From the NCBI GenBank assembly GCA_965214705.1, contig CBDCCI010000001.1:448001-512000 (forward strand): a DNA stretch of 64,000 nucleotides. The letters are read 5' to 3'. Positions 1-10,196 of the stretch are shown here, in pieces. A program made the translations under genes and the position numbers. Source of the DNA: Alphaproteobacteria bacterium (GTDB taxonomy: Bacteria > Pseudomonadota > Alphaproteobacteria > UBA828). Within the stretch, counting starts at the first letter, position 1. Each line of letters begins with the position of its first letter. The notes beneath the pieces were generated by a model that saw nothing but the letters and a program-made list of their open reading frames with translations, was not told the origin of the DNA and did not search any database.

Positions 1-74
1 CGTCATGTACGTTGACGGCTGCAATGTTTAACCCAGCGAGGCCTCGCCGAGGCCTCTTCGCAAAAGGAGAGCCT
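1..74 (+). repeat. Orphan copy of the 5' leader/RBS of the surface lipoprotein gene, truncated just after the RBS
   Basis: Reverse-complement match to ~21879-21953 up to AAGGAGAGCCT, then diverges before the ATG. Confidence 0.8.
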
Positions 75-294
75 CAGGGGTAGGACATTCGCTACACCCG
101 CCGATGGCTCCCGCAAGACCCCCTAACCCACCGATATCACAGCATAATCTTCCACCCTCCGGGGCTCCGCCGCCGCGTTGGGTCGCACTGTCATACCCTA
201 ACCGGCATCACTGCGTAAGCGAGTGAATTCGAACTCCAGCGTAGCCCTGTCATATCGATTGTAATGGTTCGGTAATGCCGTGGAGGGGCCGGAT

Positions 295-1177
295 TCAGCG
301 ATTTGAGGGCCCGTTTCCAGTTTTTTCGCAGCGGCCTGAGCCAGATGTCCTTCCTGGGCTTGTCGTAGAGCTTGTGCCGGTCGTAGCGCCCACGCCCCTG
401 GGTGTTTCCGACGCGGATCCAGCCGGATGCCTTGTAGACGGCGCCGGTGTAGCGCGGGGTCTGGACGAAGGTCTCGATGAGTACGGGCGCGGTGTTGTAG
501 CGCTCGGCCCAGTCGATGGGCAGGCGGCGGCGGACGATGGCGAGGATGTGCGAGCCCAGGTTGGGGATCTTGATCCAGGGCAGGATCAGGAACCTGGGAT
601 TGTCGACCACCAGCGGCAGGTTCTTCTCGCGCATCTCAGGGGTCCAGCCGACGAAGGCATCGCGCGGCGCCAGCTTCCAGGCGGCGGTTGAGAAGCCGAG
701 CATGGCGAGCGGCCAGCCGTTCCGGTCGTGGACGGCGTAGCGCATCTGGGCGCCGACCAGGGTCTTGTAACCGAGGTAGTGGTAGCGGGCGACGAACTCG
801 TTCCAGAGCTTGCCCTCTCGGGTTCCGCGCACGACGGTGCGCATGTTGAGCGGGCGGACCTCGTCCAGCGCCGTCGGGGCGGGGAAGAGCGGCGGCTCGG
901 TGTCGGGCCCGAAGACGATCGGCTTTGGCGGACCCGGTTGCCACCTCGGCGGCGGCAGGGTGATCAGACCATCCTTGTGCATGGCCAGCATGGTGACGCG
1001 GGCCATCATGTCCTTCAGGCCTCCGTCGGGCTTGAGCCAGCCGATGCGCCGGCAGAACTCCCTGGACAACGCATGGCGGCTGAGCGGCGGGGGTCCGGCG
1101 ATCAGCGCGCGCAGCAGCGCCATCTCTTCAGCGCTGAAGTCTCGCCCGTAATAGCGGCACTCCACGGTGCCGCTCAC
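295..1177 (-). CDS. DUF4338 / DruA-like protein; a 1-bp insertion just before the stop extends the ORF to 191
   Basis: Motifs YHYLGYKTLVGAQMRY, VVDNPRFLILPW, ETFV..PRYTGAVYKASGW; GTG overlaps the transposase TGA; span is 883 nt versus 882 nt in the paralog. Confidence 0.8.
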
Positions 1178-3369
1178 CCCGGCACCAGGAACTCGCGCCT
1201 GCGCTTCTCGCTCATCGACCACGGCAGCCACGGCTTGAGGTCTTCCGGCGGTTGGCCGCCATTCTCCGCGCACGCCTCCAGCCATGCCCGAAGCCAGCGC
1301 AGGATGTCGATGTCGTTCATCTTGAGGGTGCACACGACCGTGTACATCATCGCCGTGAACTCGGCACCGCGCTCGCTGTCGGAGCCGAAGCTGAGGCGTC
1401 TTCCGATCACCGGCGCCCTCAGCACGCGCTCGGCAAAATTGTTGTCCATCGGGACCGGTGGGTGGTCGACGAAGACGCGCAATCCCTTGCGGTGGTTCAG
1501 CAGCGAGCGCAGCGCCTTGCCCTCGCGTGCCCCGGCCGGCAGGTCGGACAGCTGCCGTTCAGCCTCGGAGAACAAGGCGTCGAGCCCCTCCTTCAGCGCG
1601 CCCTGTGCGGCGTCGAACTCCGGCGTCCGGCGCGCGCAGCCGGGGTCGTAGTGCTTCAGCCGCTCATCGTTCAAGCGGTAGATCTCCGCGATCCGCTCGA
1701 TCCATCCCTGGCACCACTCCGTCAGCCGCACCTGGCCGGCCGCGCAGTCGATGAATGTCCGGCGTTGATGCGCCCAACACCACTGCAGGATCATCTTGCC
1801 GGCGAGATCGCGTGCCAACTTCTTGTAGGCGGACAGGCGGTCGCACACCAGGATCGTGCTGCCGGCGGTGTCGCCGAACAACTTCATCGCGACCTCTGCG
1901 GAACGCGAGGGATCGCTATGGAAGAAGGCCGCGTCTTCGGTCACCGAGGTCCACAGCCAGGAGCGGGCGGAGCCGCCCGTCTCGCGTAGCGAACGGATGC
2001 GCCAGCCGGTCTCGTCGCCGTGGCGCACCGCCGCCTTGTTCTGGTGATCGAGGATCGCTTCCGCCACCGGCTTGAACAGCGGCACGAAGGGCTTGACGCT
2101 GCTGCCCAGCGTCCCCGGCGAGATCGAAAGGCCCATATCGGACATCCATGCCGCGACCCGCTTGAGCGGGCGGAAGCAGGCGTAGCGCTCGTATAGATAC
2201 TGCGACCAGACGCTGATCCCGTAGGGCGTCCTGTCGAACAGGCGCGGCACCGGAGGCGCGATCACCTCCTGGGGCGAGGACGCGCACTCGCAGGCCCGGC
2301 GCCAGCGGGGACGGACGATCCTGCGCTTGTGGGCCTTGACCTCGATCTCGAAGATGGCGCTCTCTTCCGTGCCGTTCGGCGCGTAGGGCTTGCCGCAACA
2401 GGAACAGATGAGCGCGTCCTCCGGCGGGGTCTTCTCTTCTTTCCGCTCCTCGAGCCCGGGCCGCTGGGTGCGGCCATGGCCGGGTGCGCCGCGCTGCTGG
2501 CCGCGCGTGCGCCCAGTGGACGGCTTCTTCTGCTTCTCGCTCTTCCTGCCAAACAGCGTCCTGGATAGCGCCGCTCCGGTCGCGCGAAGCTTGGAAACCC
2601 GCGCCTCCAGCGCCGCGATCCGGGCCTGCGACGTCTTCGCGGCCTTGCGCAGCCGGACGTTCTTCCGGGTCAACGACTTGATCGTGGCCTTCTGGCGCCT
2701 CGATCTCCGCAGGGCCTTGCGCAGATCGGCGTCGGCGCCGGACAAAGCTTCCCTGTGGGCTTTCGATATCCGCAAGACCCTGGCCACCCGGGCCTTCAAC
2801 GTCTCTTCCCTCGCGTCGGCACCCTTCACCGAATGGCGCAACCAGAAGACCTCGTCGGTCAGCGAGATAACTCTGTCCGCCTGATCGCGCCGGTGCCTCA
2901 GCTCCGCGTGAAGCTCAATGACCTCGCCGGACAGCTTTCTACCCGTCGCCTTGAGGTCCTCCGTGCGCTGCCTCTCCTGGTCCAGCTTCTTGTTCAGACG
3001 GCTGACGTCCCTGCGTAGCCCGCTAACCTCTTTGCGTAGCTCACCACGCTCCGCGCGCAAAGACTCGATCGCCTGCTGGCTCTTCGCTGGCGCCGGGGCG
3101 TGTTGACGCTCGCGGCGAGCTGGCGGCGCGGACTTGGACCTGCCGGTGCCAGCCTCCGGCCTGCCCAGCGCACGACGCAGCCGACGAATATCGTCGAGCA
3201 GCTCCTGCACTCGTGCCTCGGCCGCCTTCGCGCGCTTGAGCTCCCGCTCGTACAGAGATTTCCAGTTGCGCGGCGCGCTCGACGGGGTTGCGGCGGGCGG
3301 CGACCAGTTTCCATCGTCGCCCTCGACCAGCGCCAGGTCCGCGCTGAAATCCTCGTCGCGAATCGCCAT
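1174..3369 (-). CDS. tnpC: IS66-family DDE transposase with long coiled-coil N-terminus
   Basis: LFGRKSEK, CSCCG zinc finger, HGDETGW, CWAHQRR, DNNFAERVLR, LKPWLPW motifs. Confidence 0.9.
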   Translation of the reverse strand: MAIRDEDFSADLALVEGDDGNWSPPAATPSSAPRNWKSLYERELKRAKAAEARVQELLDDIRRLRRALGRPEAGTGRSKSAPPARRERQHAPAPAKSQQAIESLRAERGELRKEVSGLRRDVSRLNKKLDQERQRTEDLKATGRKLSGEVIELHAELRHRRDQADRVISLTDEVFWLRHSVKGADAREETLKARVARVLRISKAHREALSGADADLRKALRRSRRQKATIKSLTRKNVRLRKAAKTSQARIAALEARVSKLRATGAALSRTLFGRKSEKQKKPSTGRTRGQQRGAPGHGRTQRPGLEERKEEKTPPEDALICSCCGKPYAPNGTEESAIFEIEVKAHKRRIVRPRWRRACECASSPQEVIAPPVPRLFDRTPYGISVWSQYLYERYACFRPLKRVAAWMSDMGLSISPGTLGSSVKPFVPLFKPVAEAILDHQNKAAVRHGDETGWRIRSLRETGGSARSWLWTSVTEDAAFFHSDPSRSAEVAMKLFGDTAGSTILVCDRLSAYKKLARDLAGKMILQWCWAHQRRTFIDCAAGQVRLTEWCQGWIERIAEIYRLNDERLKHYDPGCARRTPEFDAAQGALKEGLDALFSEAERQLSDLPAGAREGKALRSLLNHRKGLRVFVDHPPVPMDNNFAERVLRAPVIGRRLSFGSDSERGAEFTAMMYTVVCTLKMNDIDILRWLRAWLEACAENGGQPPEDLKPWLPWSMSEKRRREFLVPG

Positions 3370-4011
3370 GCGCTCGACGATATCGCATCCGAAAAACCGT
3401 TACCAGCCCCCGCGCGGGGGCGCTCACCGCGGCGTCGGCGAGCCCGACGCCGCCTCATCGAGACCTTCGTCCAGACCCCGCGCTACTCCGGCGCCGTCTA
3501 CAAGGCATCCGGCTGGATCCGCGTCGGAAACACCCAGGGGCGTGGGCGCTACGACCGGCACAAGCTCTACGACAAGCCCAGGAAGGACATCTGGCTCAGG
3601 CCGCTGCGAAAAGACTGGAAACGGGCCCTCAATCGCTGAATCCGGCCCCTCCACGGCATTACCGAACCATTACTATCGATTCGGCGAATCGCCACATTTT
3701 GGGACCTGGCGGTACCCGCGCCGCCGGAATCAAGACCGCCCGCCGGGCAGTGAATACGGATGCGGCCGCGGGACCGGATCGGGGTGGTGGCGGTCTCGAC
3801 CGGGCGCGGCCAGAACCCTCCATCCTGCCTGAGATCGCGAGCCGGCAGCCGTCCGCCAGCCGTCGTGGTCAGTGGAGATCGCCCACTCGCTATTGGGCGC
3901 GGAGGGACGAACGGCGTCCTGGTGCGGGCCCGGACTGCGAGGTCGTGCAGGCCGCTATTCACCGATGCGGTGCAGCCCCCGGCACCGTCCCGCGGGGGCG
4001 GACGATCGGGC

Positions 4012-5043
4012 CTAAGCCGAATTCTCCAGCCGCGCGATCAGCTCGTCGCCCGAAGCGCAGTCGATGATCCACTCGCCAACTTCGGCCAGCCGCGCGGGCT
4101 CCCCGATCTCGGCCAGCAGAGGCGCCGCGCGACCGGCGGCATCCGCGCCGAACTTCCGCTCGATCTGGCGCAGTAGCAGCGCCCGCTCCTGCTCGATGCC
4201 CTGCTCGACGCCCTCGGCACGGCCCTGCTCGCGTTCGGCCTCTTGCCATGCGCGGACCCGGTCCTGAACCGGCGTCCGCAGCTCGCCCGCTTCCTCAAGT
4301 CGCTCCATCTCCTCGAACCCCTCGATCACGGCGCCTCCGGCACCCTGCCCGACAAGCAGGCTGAACCACTCGTGGAATATACGCCGCAAGTCCCGGTGCT
4401 CGGAACCCCGAAGTACCGAAAACGCCTCAAGCAGCGTCGCATACCCTTCCTCAAGCGACGACATCCGCTCGATGCCGATCACCAGGGAAACGACATCGTC
4501 CGGCGGAGAGTCTCCGCCCCCGGCCCGGCCCACGTCAAGCGTCACGTAGCCCGAGCCGGCATAGAGAGGCACAGGGGCCGTGGCGCCGGAGGGCCGGCCC
4601 TCCGGCGCAACCAGCGCCTCGACACTCGCCGCCGCCGTCCATGGCGAGGCGCCGTTGTAGAGCACCACCGGCAGCACTGGCGGCAGACGGTCCGAGGCGC
4701 CGAAGCGGCGGCCCGCCCACAGGCCCCGGTACAGAAGATTGACGTAGGTGTTGACCCGCAGCGCCATCAGGTGGTCCACCGCAGACTGGAACTCGATCAG
4801 CACGAACAGGTAGGCCCAGTCCTCCTCGCCGCCGTCCCGCAGGCACACGCGCCAGACCAGATCGCTCAGGTGGCGGTGCAGGGTGTCGTCGATACGCTCG
4901 GTCGGCACCGGCTCCAGGGTCTGCGGGTCGAAGGCCGCGAGCCACTCGGGGCCGTCGTCGATCATGCCGGCGACGAAGCGGAGCAGGTGCTCGACGGAGA
5001 TCCTTCGGGAGAAGATGGATTTGTAGATCTCGTCGTGACGCAT
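4012..5043 (-). CDS. Rpn-family recombination-promoting nuclease / PD-(D/E)xK putative transposase
   Basis: HDEIYKSIF, SDLVWRV, IEFQS, LPPVLPVVLYNG, EGVEQGIEQ repeats, RQIERKFG tail. Confidence 0.88.
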   Translation of the reverse strand: MRHDEIYKSIFSRRISVEHLLRFVAGMIDDGPEWLAAFDPQTLEPVPTERIDDTLHRHLSDLVWRVCLRDGGEEDWAYLFVLIEFQSAVDHLMALRVNTYVNLLYRGLWAGRRFGASDRLPPVLPVVLYNGASPWTAAASVEALVAPEGRPSGATAPVPLYAGSGYVTLDVGRAGGGDSPPDDVVSLVIGIERMSSLEEGYATLLEAFSVLRGSEHRDLRRIFHEWFSLLVGQGAGGAVIEGFEEMERLEEAGELRTPVQDRVRAWQEAEREQGRAEGVEQGIEQERALLLRQIERKFGADAAGRAAPLLAEIGEPARLAEVGEWIIDCASGDELIARLENSA

Positions 5044-6017
5044 GGCCGCTTCGTCTCCGGGCGGCCGCGCTCACAATGCAACCGTCGGGCGTGATCGTAG
5101 ACGAGGGCTCGGGGCGAGGCCAGGAACCGGGGCCCCACGCATGATCCTGGCGGAGGGTTCCGCGTGCGTGGCGCAGCACGGGGCCACACTCACGCCATAG
5201 CCGTCCTTTGCTTGCCCGGACGGCTGCCGGGGCGCTACCCTGCCCGACATTGAGCGGCCACGGCCCTAGCGCATCCCTGTTCTGGCCTGCCCGTCGCTTG
5301 AGGTGCCCCGATCTTGGCAGCGGCCGGACGGGACGCCGACCTTACCGGGGCGCTCGTTCCTGTCCTCGTGAGCTGACATGGGCTCATTGGTTCGGGCGTT
5401 CCGGGGGCCGGGAGGGGCGGCCCTCCCGGCTTTTGCCGGTCAGGCAGGGCCGGCGCGGCGTCGGCATCCTCGCCGTCCCCGCCGGAATTCATACGCCGCG
5501 CAGCTTCGCGTCGATCTGCTTCTTCAGGACCCGCGACGCTGCCCAGCGCGCCCTGGACGGCTTGCTGCTCCACCAAGGGTACGACGACATGCCGAGACCG
5601 GCGGAGCGGCGCCACAGGCCGCTCCAGGGACGGCACAGATGCCTTCTGCGAGCGAACAGCGTCGCCTCGCAGAAGCCTCCACGTTCGCTCGCCCCGTCCC
5701 CGTCAGCGTCGCGATCGCCTCTCCGTCCATCGGCCCGGCGGCCACCGGGCACGCCAACGGCATGGTCTCCGCCGGGGGCAGTGATCCGCCTCTCCGCGCA
5801 ACGCCTCCAGCCGACAGCTGACCTGCTGCATCGCAACCCGAACCAAGCCCAAACCAGAGCAGATGCCCGCGGGTCCGGACAGTCACCAGCAGCAATTCCT
5901 CGTCGCGCCCGTGCCGTGCGCCGCCAGGAGCGAGAGGTCGGCCGTGACGCGGGCGGCGGGGGCGGCGCTGTGGAGCGTGTCCCCGCCGTCGGCAGCCACC
6001 ACCGGGGAGACGAAGCC

Positions 6018-6341
6018 ATGCGGACCGGCCGGATGTTCCATCGCGACGCGCAGACCTTCTTGGTCCACCTGTTCGGGCGAGGCCTCGAGGACAACCGCTA
6101 CGTGGTCGAGAAGTACCGCTCCCACCCCGACGGGCAGATTGAGCCCGTCGAGCCGGGCCTGCCCGGGACAAAGGGCCGGCGCAAACAGCGACGCACGATC
6201 GCGAGCCTGGCCGCCGTGAAGAAAATGCGGCCCAGGCAAGACGAGATCATCGTGTGTACCGCGCTCAACCTGAAGGACTCGGGCATGCAGATTTGGGGGA
6301 TCGGCGCGGCCGGGATCTTCGCCACCGGGCGCGCGCGCTGA
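6018..6341 (+). CDS. Hypothetical protein
   Basis: GGGGAG RBS then ATG; protein-like composition; co-oriented with downstream genes. Confidence 0.5.
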   Translation: MRTGRMFHRDAQTFLVHLFGRGLEDNRYVVEKYRSHPDGQIEPVEPGLPGTKGRRKQRRTIASLAAVKKMRPRQDEIIVCTALNLKDSGMQIWGIGAAGIFATGRAR

Positions 6342-6355
6342 ATGGGGCGCCGGTC

Positions 6356-7174
6356 ATGTCACCGGAGATGCCGGTCAAGGAGGGGGACTGCGGCCGCAGC
6401 CGCCAGCAGCAACTCCGGGCCGAGCGCGCCGATCGAGGGCTTTGTTCAAGATGCGGCAAGTGTCCGCCCGAGCCCGGGCGCTCGAAGTGCGAGCGCTGCC
6501 TCCAACGGCAGCGCGACGCCGACCGCGCCCGCCGCGCCAAAGCCAGGCGGCAAGGAAAGCCCTACGCCGGCCGCGATCCTGACCGTTGCCGTCGCGCCGA
6601 CCGCGCCGGCGACAGGCGGCGGCGGAGGGCGCGGCAGGAGGCGGGACTATGCACGTCCTGTGGCCACCGCCGGCCATCGGACAACCGCTCCGTCTGCGAG
6701 CCGTGCCGCGAGGAGCGGCGCGCACGCGACCGCCGGCGCTATGACGCGCGAAAGGCTGCCGGCCGCTGCGTGCGCTGCAACCAGCTTGCGGTCGGCGGTC
6801 TGTCGCGCTGCGGCCGGTGCCTCGCGCTGGAGAAGGAGCGCGTCTCTCCCGAGCAAAAGAGCGCCGCCGGGAAGAGACGCTATGTCGCTAGGCGCGCGCA
6901 GGGCGCGTGTGTGGATTGTGGGGTCCGCACCGGTGGTGCGGCCCGCTGTGAACGCTGCGCCTATCGTTCCAATTCCCGCGCGCCAGAGCGTCACCTGGCG
7001 GCGCTCTGGCCGCCGCAGATCACCGTGATCGAGTTGCAGAGCTCGCGGGAGCTGGGGACCTTCGAGACGGAGGCCGAGGCCGCCGCCTGCATCGCCTTCG
7101 CCAGGCTGCGGCCCGACCAGGTCGAAGTCCTCTCCAACGTCCCGCTCATGGCGCGCTGCTTCCACCACGATTGA
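6356..7174 (+). CDS. Arg-rich protein with four CxxC-x8..10-CxxC zinc-ribbon-like repeats
   Basis: CSRC..CERC, CTSC..CEPC, CVRC..CGRC, CVDC..CERC. Confidence 0.75.
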   Translation: MSPEMPVKEGDCGRSRQQQLRAERADRGLCSRCGKCPPEPGRSKCERCLQRQRDADRARRAKARRQGKPYAGRDPDRCRRADRAGDRRRRRARQEAGLCTSCGHRRPSDNRSVCEPCREERRARDRRRYDARKAAGRCVRCNQLAVGGLSRCGRCLALEKERVSPEQKSAAGKRRYVARRAQGACVDCGVRTGGAARCERCAYRSNSRAPERHLAALWPPQITVIELQSSRELGTFETEAEAAACIAFARLRPDQVEVLSNVPLMARCFHHD

Positions 7175-7420
7175 GGCGGTCGCCGCCGACGTGCCGATCG
7201 GCACGGCCCGTTCTTCATCTCATACCGCCGTGCGCTCCGCCGCCACTGGATCTGCCGGCCGAACGGTTTGCGATGCCCTCGCGAACCTGGCGGGCGCCGA
7301 GGCGGGCCGAACGCTGGAGAGGTAGGGAGGAGATTCGAGAAGGGTGAACGGAGGAGGTCAAGAGAGTGATCGATCCGTTCGCCAACCATCGTCAGAACTC
7401 GCACGTGAAGGAGCACGATC

Positions 7421-7876
7421 ATGAGTTTCGGACTGAACCGCGCAGAAGTCATCGGCCGCCTGGGTGCGGACGTCACCGTCAACAGCCTCGCCTCCGGCGG
7501 GCGCGTGGCCAACTTGAGCATCGCGACCGACGAAAGCTACATCGACAGGGCCGCCGGGGGCCAGCGGGTCGACAAGACCGAGTGGCATCGCGTCGTCACG
7601 TTCCAGGACGGCCTGATCGACATGCTGGCGAAGCACGCGAAGAAGGGCCGCTTGGTCTACGTCGCGGGCAAGATGCAGACCAGGAAGTGGCGCAAGGACG
7701 GCGAGGACAGCGACCGGTTCTCCACCGAGATCCTGCTCGTGCCCGGTGGCCGCGTCCAATTTCTTGATCGGCCTGCCGGGACCAACGGCACCGCGCCGGC
7801 CAACGGTGAGACGCCCTCTGCCGCAAGCGGCAGCGGCGTTGAAGAGCCGACGGACCATCACAATCTACCCTTCTGA
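7421..7876 (+). CDS. ssb: Single-stranded DNA-binding protein
   Basis: LNRAEVIGRLGAD, KTEWHRVV, KGRLVYVAGKMQTRKW, C-terminal LPF; AAGGAG RBS. Confidence 0.95.
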   Translation: MSFGLNRAEVIGRLGADVTVNSLASGGRVANLSIATDESYIDRAAGGQRVDKTEWHRVVTFQDGLIDMLAKHAKKGRLVYVAGKMQTRKWRKDGEDSDRFSTEILLVPGGRVQFLDRPAGTNGTAPANGETPSAASGSGVEEPTDHHNLPF

Positions 7877-8019
7877 ACGGGCGACCTCCCCCCGTTCGCC
7901 CGGGGCCGTGTTCCGCGTCGTCTCCCTGCGCGGGGCACGGCCCCTTCCCCTTTCAACCCTGGCACGCGGCATGCGCCCTCCGGGCGCCGCCGCGCGTCCT
8001 CCACACGGGAGGCCCCGCC

Positions 8020-8319
8020 ATGTCCGGCTACAGCCTTACCGCCGAAGATGTCGTCTTTCGCGCCAGCGGCGATGACGAATGGCTCGTCATCGCGGACGGC
8101 GAGACAGTCGGCACCGTCATGAAGCGCCCCGCCTACTCCACTCCGGATCACGGGGTCTACTACGTCCATCTCTACGACGATGCCGCAGGACCCGTGGCAG
8201 TCGAGGATGCGCGCGCCGTGCGCGCGACCGTCGCCGAGCTGCTCGTCGAGCGCGACCTCGCTCCCGCCATGCCGATGTTGCATCCCGCTTGGCGGACACA
8301 GCAGCTCGTGGTCGCCTGA
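8020..8319 (+). CDS. Small hypothetical protein, homolog of 46216..46443
   Basis: GGAGG RBS; YYVHLYDDAAGPV resembles FYVVHLSEDPRGPV. Confidence 0.7.
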   Translation: MSGYSLTAEDVVFRASGDDEWLVIADGETVGTVMKRPAYSTPDHGVYYVHLYDDAAGPVAVEDARAVRATVAELLVERDLAPAMPMLHPAWRTQQLVVA

Positions 8320-9153
8320 CAGCCTCGCCGCCGTCCTCCGGCACCCTGGGGGCCGCGCCCGCGCCGATTACCGGCGCGCGCGCGTGCCCCCTTCTCCGTG
8401 CAGCACGAACAGAGGCCCGTCCTGCCGGGAGGCGCGCAGGTGCGCTGCGCGCCTCCCCGCCGCCCGCGCGCCGCCGAGAGGCCGAGGCCGGCTGGAACGC
8501 GGGCACTCTCTGGACGGAGCGGGGGAGCCGCATGAACGCCACCCGGATCGCAAAGGCCCTCGGCGAGCGCGCCGAAGAGGTCTGCCGCGCCTACCTGCCC
8601 CACGGGCGCAGGCAGGGCAGGTACTGGACCGCCGGCGACATTCGCGGCGCCCGCGGGCGCTCGCTCTTCGTCCGCCTCGCGCCCCCCGGCGTTCCCGGCA
8701 AGTGGACCGACGCCGCCGAGGGAACCCATGGCGATCTCCTCGACCTCATCCGTCACCGCATGGGCGACGTGCCGCTCAGCGACGCCATGGCCGAGGCCCG
8801 CGCATTCCTGGCGCTGCCGACTTCGCCGGCAGCGGCGCCGGACGGGGCCTACGACTCCAGCGAGGCGGCGCGCCGCCTCTGGCGGCGCTGCCGCGCCATC
8901 GACGGCACGCATGCCGAGGCGTACCTCAGGGCCCGCGCCATCCACCGCTGCCGCCTCCCCGCGCTGCGCTGTAGAGTAGGACGCAAGCGCCTTGCGGCCC
9001 TTACGGGTCGCAGGTTTCTCGCGCCCTCTCTCCGAACCGGACATGCACCTTTCGTAATGCATCGTAAGCGGTATCGAGGCCCCATACTTCCAACGCATCT
9101 GATTTCGCGGCTGACTCTTGGCCTTGGCAAGGAGCCTTGGAGGAGGCATCGCG

Positions 9154-9756
9154 ATGAAGGATTTGGATTTTCTGCGTGGCCACGAGTTCGGCGGTCACTC
9201 GGTCGAGGCGCGAGCGCCTGAAGAGGCCGCCCCATCTGCCGCAGCCCCATCTACGGCAACTGTTCCGGCTGATCACACTCGGCGGTCATGGTCCGCCGAG
9301 GAGAAGGCACGGATCGTCGCGGAGAGCGACAGGCCGGGAGTTGTGCAGAAGGAGGTCGCGGCTCGCCACGGCATCAGCGCACAAACTCTTCGTCAGTGGC
9401 GCAGTCGGTCAGCGGCTTCCGGGAAGCGGCGTGGCCGGCCTTGGCCGGCTGATGTGAAGGCGCGGATTGTTGCGGAGAGCGAGCGCCCGGATGCATCGAT
9501 ATCGGCAGTTGCCCGCCGTCACGGCATCAGCGAGAAGACGCTGCGCACCTGGCGTCGCCAGGCGGCGAGTGACGCTGGTGGCGATCGGCAGGGAGCCGGG
9601 TCTTCGCCCCCCTATATTCCGGTTGTAGTTGACGGGTCTGCGTCCGAGCGGACGGTCGCGATTGAGGCGCTGGGCGTCGTCGTTCGCCTTCCGGTGGAGA
9701 GCGCGGTCGATCGGATCGTGGCTGTGGCCTCGGGCCTGGGTCGTGCGTCGTCATGA
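9154..9756 (+). CDS. tnpA: IS66 accessory TnpA with two tandem HTH repeats
   Basis: WSAEEKARIVAES...VAARHGIS..TLRQWR occurs twice. Confidence 0.88.
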   Translation: MKDLDFLRGHEFGGHSVEARAPEEAAPSAAAPSTATVPADHTRRSWSAEEKARIVAESDRPGVVQKEVAARHGISAQTLRQWRSRSAASGKRRGRPWPADVKARIVAESERPDASISAVARRHGISEKTLRTWRRQAASDAGGDRQGAGSSPPYIPVVVDGSASERTVAIEALGVVVRLPVESAVDRIVAVASGLGRASS

Positions 9757-10103
9757 TCGCGGTGCCCTCGCTTCGCATCGTGTTGGCGACGCGTCCGGTT
9801 GATTTTCGTCGCGGCCACGACGCGCTTGCGGCGACGGCGGCGAGGGAGCTGGACCTCGATATCTATTCCGGGGTGATCGTGATCTTCCGCTCGCGCCGCG
9901 GGGACAGGCTCAAGCTTCTCACCTGGGACGGGACCGGTCTGGTGATGACCTACAAGCGTCTGGAGCAAGGCCGCTTCGCCTGGCCCCGGATCGAGGACGG
10001 TGTGATTCGCCTTACGAAGGGCCAGTTCGAGGCTCTCTTCGAGGGCCTCGACTGGCGCCGGGTGAAGGCCCGCCCGGTTCGCCGCCCGCTGGCGGCGGAG
10101 TGA
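9753..10103 (+). CDS. tnpB: IS66 accessory protein TnpB
   Basis: PVDFRRGHDAL, FRSRRGDRLKLLTWDGTG, KRLEQGRFAWP. Confidence 0.95.
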   Translation: MIAVPSLRIVLATRPVDFRRGHDALAATAARELDLDIYSGVIVIFRSRRGDRLKLLTWDGTGLVMTYKRLEQGRFAWPRIEDGVIRLTKGQFEALFEGLDWRRVKARPVRRPLAAE

Positions 10104-10196
10104 GGCGAGACGCAGGCGGGTCCGCAGATTTTTGTCGAGGTCCCGCCTGCACTTTTCCCTGGTCACGCATTGGCGAATCGGATTAAGGGATCGGCC

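Larger units (their letters stand above)
261..3673 (-). mobile_element. IS66-like element 1 (TnpC + DUF4338) with ~220-bp terminal inverted repeats
   Basis: Ends GTAATGGTTCGG...CCGAACCATTAC, 8-bp TSD TATCGATT (253-260, 3674-3681); 261-~482 is the reverse complement of ~3455-3673. Confidence 0.9.

Noticed and set aside
215-260. GTAAGCG at 215 as the IS66 terminus
   Set aside because: The TSD and the inverted-repeat match place the true end at 261.
191-1333. Druantia defence operon
   Set aside because: DUF4338 lies inside TSD-bounded IS elements, and no DruE-like helicase or other Dru genes are recognisable.
5100-6000. Protein-coding genes in this interval
   Set aside because: The overlapping ORFs lack convincing starts or motifs; possibly remnants, but not supportable.
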